A DNA stretch of 64,000 nucleotides from Gemmatimonadota bacterium. GTDB lineage: Bacteria > Gemmatimonadota > Gemmatimonadetes > Gemmatimonadales > Gemmatimonadaceae. How positions within the stretch are numbered: position 1 is the first letter of the stretch; each line of letters opens with the position of its first letter. The stretch lies in contig JAZJZK010000008.1 in assembly GCA_040389905.1 (NCBI GenBank), forward strand, positions 128,001-192,000. The letters are read 5' to 3'. The notes below the pieces were generated by a model. The model searched no databases. It was not told the origin of the DNA and was given only the letters and a program-made list of their open reading frames with translations. Shown piece by piece: positions 60,238-64,000 of the stretch. The translations under genes were made by a program, and so were the position numbers.

Positions 60238-62582
60238 TCACGCCGACGCGAACGGCTCGCGCGCGCTCACGCTCGTGTCGAGCAGGTGGCGAATCATCAT
60301 GACGAGCGAGGCAGCACGGTACGGCTTCTGGATGAATGCCACGTGCCCGCCGGCCGCACCGCGATGCGCGGCGACTTCTTCGCTGTAGCCACTGGTCAGC
60401 AGTACCGGCAGCGACGGCGTCAGGCGTCGTATCTCGCGGAGCGTCGCCTCGCCATTCATGCGCGGCATCACCATGTCGAGCAGGACAAGCGAGACCTTGG
60501 GCCCCAATTCGGTCAGGAGCTGAATTGCCTCGACGCCATCCACGGCAGCTCGCACCGTGAAGCCGGCGCGCGAAATGATGCGCGTCGCCAGGTTCCGAAC
60601 GGCTGCATCGTCGTCGACGACGAGGATGAGCGCGCCGGCCTCTCCTTCGAGGCGACGATCCACGGGTGCGACGCCCGGCGGATGCAGTACCGCGTCGTCG
60701 GCGAGGGTGGGCAGGTAGAGCCGGAATGTGCTGCCGATCCCGAGCTCGCTCTGAACGTCGATCGCACCGCCGTGGCCGCGTAGGACGCCAAGGACGGACG
60801 CGAGCCCGAGGCCGCGGCCGACGAATTTGGTAGTGAAGAACGGATCGAAGATTCGTGCCTGTGTTTCGGCGCTCATGCCGCTGCCGTTATCGCTGACTTC
60901 GACCACGGCATACGTGCCCCGCAGAAGCGCTTGCTGACCGAACGGCAAGGCGTGCGCGTCACCATCGACGCGCATCACTTTGGTGCGGATGCCGATCACG
61001 CCGCCGGACTCGGCGAGCGCATCGACGGCGTTGGTGATGAGATTGCTGAGGACCTGCCGCATCTGCGCGGCGTCCGCCTCCACGAAGGGCAGGTAGGGCG
61101 CCAACACGACATCAAAACGTCCCTTCCCGGCAACAACGGTGCGCTGCCGCTCGACCATGTCGAGCACAAGCGCGGTCACATCGAGGGGCTCGACTTCGAA
61201 GCGTCCCTGACCGGCGTACGCCAACATCTGTCGCGTGAGCTCGGCGGCGCGAATTGCCGACTGCTCGATCTCCGTAACGGACGCCGACGCGGATGATCCC
61301 TCCGGCAACTCCGATCGCGCGAGTTCGGCATTACCGAGGATGACGGCAAGCAGGTTGTTGAAATCGTGCGCGATGCCTCCGGCGAGCACACCGAGACTCT
61401 CCAGCTTCTGAACCTGTTGGCGCCGCGCTTCGGCGTTGCTCCGTTCACTCTCCTGACGCTTGCGCTCCGTGACGTCGCGCGCCGTTCCCGTCGTCCCCAC
61501 GACACGTCGTGCGCGTCGAAGATCGGCGTCACGGCAGTCTCCATCACCCTCCGGATGCCGTCGAGTACGAGCTCGTGCTCCAGCGTGCGCGGCTCGCGGG
61601 CGTTCTCCACCTCTCGTTCCTGCGCGTGCATCCGCTCGACTTCGTCAGCGCTCAGGAGATGATCGTCCGTCTTTCCTTCGATGTCTGCCATCGGCAACCC
61701 GACGAACCGCGCGAACGCCGCGTTCACAGCGATGTACTGCCCGTCGATGTCCTTGATCCACATGGCATCGGAGCTGTTGTCGAGGATCGCGCGCTGTTGG
61801 CGGAAGCTCTCCACCAGTGCCTGGCTGCTCTCCACGAGTGCCAATTCCGACTGCTTGAGTCGTACGAGCTGTGCTTCCAGCAACCGCTGGTCCTGACTGA
61901 GCAGCAGCTTTTGCCATGCGTCGCCCAACGTCTGTTTCCTCAGCAGCAACGCCCAGTAGCCGCACAAAGCGACGTGGACCAACGCGATGCCGAAATGAAA
62001 AAACAACTTGCTGAATCCGACATGCGCTTCTGGAAAGAAATGCACGGGCATGCCCGCGTTGTGCAGCGCCGCAAACAGCGTGTGTTGGAAGATGATGAGG
62101 ATGGCGCCGGGCCACATGCAGACCCAGTCCTGGTACACGATCATCATCGTGAATGCCGTGAAGTACCAGAAGTGCTGTTCGCTCTGCCCGTAGAGCTGGT
62201 AGATGTGAAGCGCAACAAAGGCCTGTTGCGCGACACCCGCATATGCCCGGGTGAAAAAAGTGCGCGGCAGCAGCCATGCGCTCAGGGTGAATGAGCCGAG
62301 GGCCGCGCCACTGACGGCGAGCGTTGCGAGCCAGGTGCCGTGGAACAGCGCGAGTGCCAGCGCCAGCACTGTGTGGCTGACGAGAAACCAGAACATCAAC
62401 CGGTCGCCGCGGGCGTAGATCCCGCGCATGAGCTCCCGCTCATCGCCCGGAGTGAACCCGTGCGAACTCGTCGGCCGCAATCCCTCGAGGTGCGTGAGGG
62501 TAAGCTCCGGCTGCTGAACCGACGCCGTCACGTACGAATTCCTGGGCGGTCTTTCGCTGGCGTTGTTATCGTGGACATTCAA
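60238..62582 (-). CDS. Hybrid sensor histidine kinase (multi-TM His-rich sensor, PAS/PAC, HisKA, HATPase, receiver); frameshifted at ~61508
   Basis: AGGIAHDFNNLL, NLITNA, DNGSG, FDPFFTTK, GLGL, LLDMVMP in 60238..61500; TM and PAS in the upstream frame; start uncertain. Confidence 0.85.
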
Positions 62583-62705
62583 TCACGAGTGCACAGAGCT
62601 GGTGTCCACAACGAAGGTGGAATTGGTCTCGTCGAATGAATATGCAAGAAGACGACAAACTACGACGCGCGGCTTAGCGAGCGCCAGTAGAGAGAGGCGG
62701 AAGAG

Positions 62706-64000
62706 ATGATCACATCACCATCGTCCGATCTGGTTCAGGCCGAGGCGCGCGTCGAAGCACGCAGCGCGACGCTCAAGAAGGAACTCGGCGTCCGCGACCT
62801 GGCGCTTACCCAGATCCTCTTCATCGTCGGCCTTACGTGGATCGGGGTCGCCGGCAAGCTCGGGACAGCGAACGTCGTGTTCTGGCTGTTGGCCCTCGTG
62901 CTTTTCTATCTGCCGTCGGCCGCCGTGGTGATGTATCTCAACACGCTGATGCCGCTCGAGGGCGGACTCTACCAATGGGCGAAGCTGGGTTTCAACCAGA
63001 CCATCGGGTTCATGGTCGCATGGAATCTGTGGCTCTTCGTCATCGTCTTCACGTCGGAAATTGGTTTGACAGCGGCGACGTACCTCTCGTACGCACTGGG
63101 CCCGAGTGCCGCCTGGATGACGAAGAGCACGTGGTTCGTCGCGTTGGCCACCGCGGCAATTCTCTCGATGATGGTCATCGCGGCCACGATCGGGCTCTCC
63201 GTGGGCAAATGGGTGCATAACGCAGGTGGCGCCATGGTCCTCACGATTTTCGGAACCTTGCTCCTCTTGCCGGCGCTCGGCGTGTTGACCGGCACCCTCA
63301 AGGAGTACCATCCGTTTCGAACGAGCGTGCCATCGCTGTCGCTGTACAACCTGAACATCCTCGGCAAGATGGGGTTTGGTGCCCTCGGTGGATTCGAGTA
63401 CATCGCCATACTCGCCGGGGAGACGCGGTCGCCGGCGCGATCGGTGGGGCGTTCGGTCCTGATCGCGGCGCCGATCATCGCGCTGATGTTCGTGCTGGGC
63501 ACGAGCACCGTCGTCGCCTACATCCCGACGAACGACATCGACCTCGTGGGGCCGCTGCCGCAGGTTTTGCGTGCCGGCTTCGGGCCATTCGGCGTCGCCG
63601 GCCCACTCGTCACGATCGCGATCCTGATGACACTGGCGACGCGCATTGCGCAGGCCAGCGTGAGCTTCACCGCGGTGACGCGACTGCCGATGGTTGCCGG
63701 CTGGGACGACATGCTGCCAGCATGGTTCAGTCGGCTGCACGGCCGCTATCAGACGCCGGTCAACTCGATCATGCTCGTCGGCGCATGCGCATTCGGCCTC
63801 GCGTTGCTCAGCACAGTGGGTGTCGGCCAGGCTGAAGCGTTCCAACTGCTCTTCAACGCGAGCGGCATGTTCTACGCGCTGACGTATGTCGTGATGTTCG
63901 CGATTCCGATTGTCGGGCTGCGCGGTGTCTCGCCCCGCCCACCCCTTTGGCTGAGAGGCGCGGCAGTGTCGGGACTGATGATGACGCTGCTGTACATCGG
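62706..64000 (+). CDS. APC family amino acid/polyamine permease (3' end outside window)
   Basis: Translated by hand: LKKELGVRDL, EGGLYQW.K.GF, GGFE, RLPMVAGWD..LP.WF; not in the supplied ORF track. Confidence 0.85.
   Translation, partial: MITSPSSDLVQAEARVEARSATLKKELGVRDLALTQILFIVGLTWIGVAGKLGTANVVFWLLALVLFYLPSAAVVMYLNTLMPLEGGLYQWAKLGFNQTIGFMVAWNLWLFVIVFTSEIGLTAATYLSYALGPSAAWMTKSTWFVALATAAILSMMVIAATIGLSVGKWVHNAGGAMVLTIFGTLLLLPALGVLTGTLKEYHPFRTSVPSLSLYNLNILGKMGFGALGGFEYIAILAGETRSPARSVGRSVLIAAPIIALMFVLGTSTVVAYIPTNDIDLVGPLPQVLRAGFGPFGVAGPLVTIAILMTLATRIAQASVSFTAVTRLPMVAGWDDMLPAWFSRLHGRYQTPVNSIMLVGACAFGLALLSTVGVGQAEAFQLLFNASGMFYALTYVVMFAIPIVGLRGVSPRPPLWLRGAAVSGLMMTLLYI

Noticed and set aside
1..64000. 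Prophage, IS, defence island, tRNA or rRNA
   Set aside because: No integrase, transposase, phage structural, nuclease-effector or structural RNA signatures recognised

Overview
GC-rich bacterial chromosomal segment with about 50 coding regions. Gene content suggests Gemmatimonadota, inferred from Ser/Thr kinases starting ...ELGGGGMS with TPR tails, a PadR plus duplicated-permease pair, a Gly/Arg-insert VPS10/BNR protein and two ECF sigma/anti-sigma pairs. I found no rRNA, tRNA, CRISPR array, integrase or transposase. Most genes are metabolic, regulatory or transport genes. Main points: (i) a co-directional locus encoding a TonB-dependent receptor, alpha/beta-hydrolase, MFS transporter, acyl-CoA ligase, SDR and PHB-depolymerase-like esterase, which looks like an ester/polyester utilisation locus; (ii) a minimal WYL-like protein overlapping RNase HI, behind a GTAC-rich direct and inverted repeat block; (iii) many intergenic repeats, including about 11 copies of one REP-like family, two nested MITE-like composites and several long hairpins built from 6-7 nt units; (iv) a PhaF-like phasin with a histone-H1-like tail; (v) candidate ECF and leaderless promoters; (vi) two single-base frameshifts in homopolymers that are probably sequencing errors. 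All calls come from reading motifs by eye; no searches were run.
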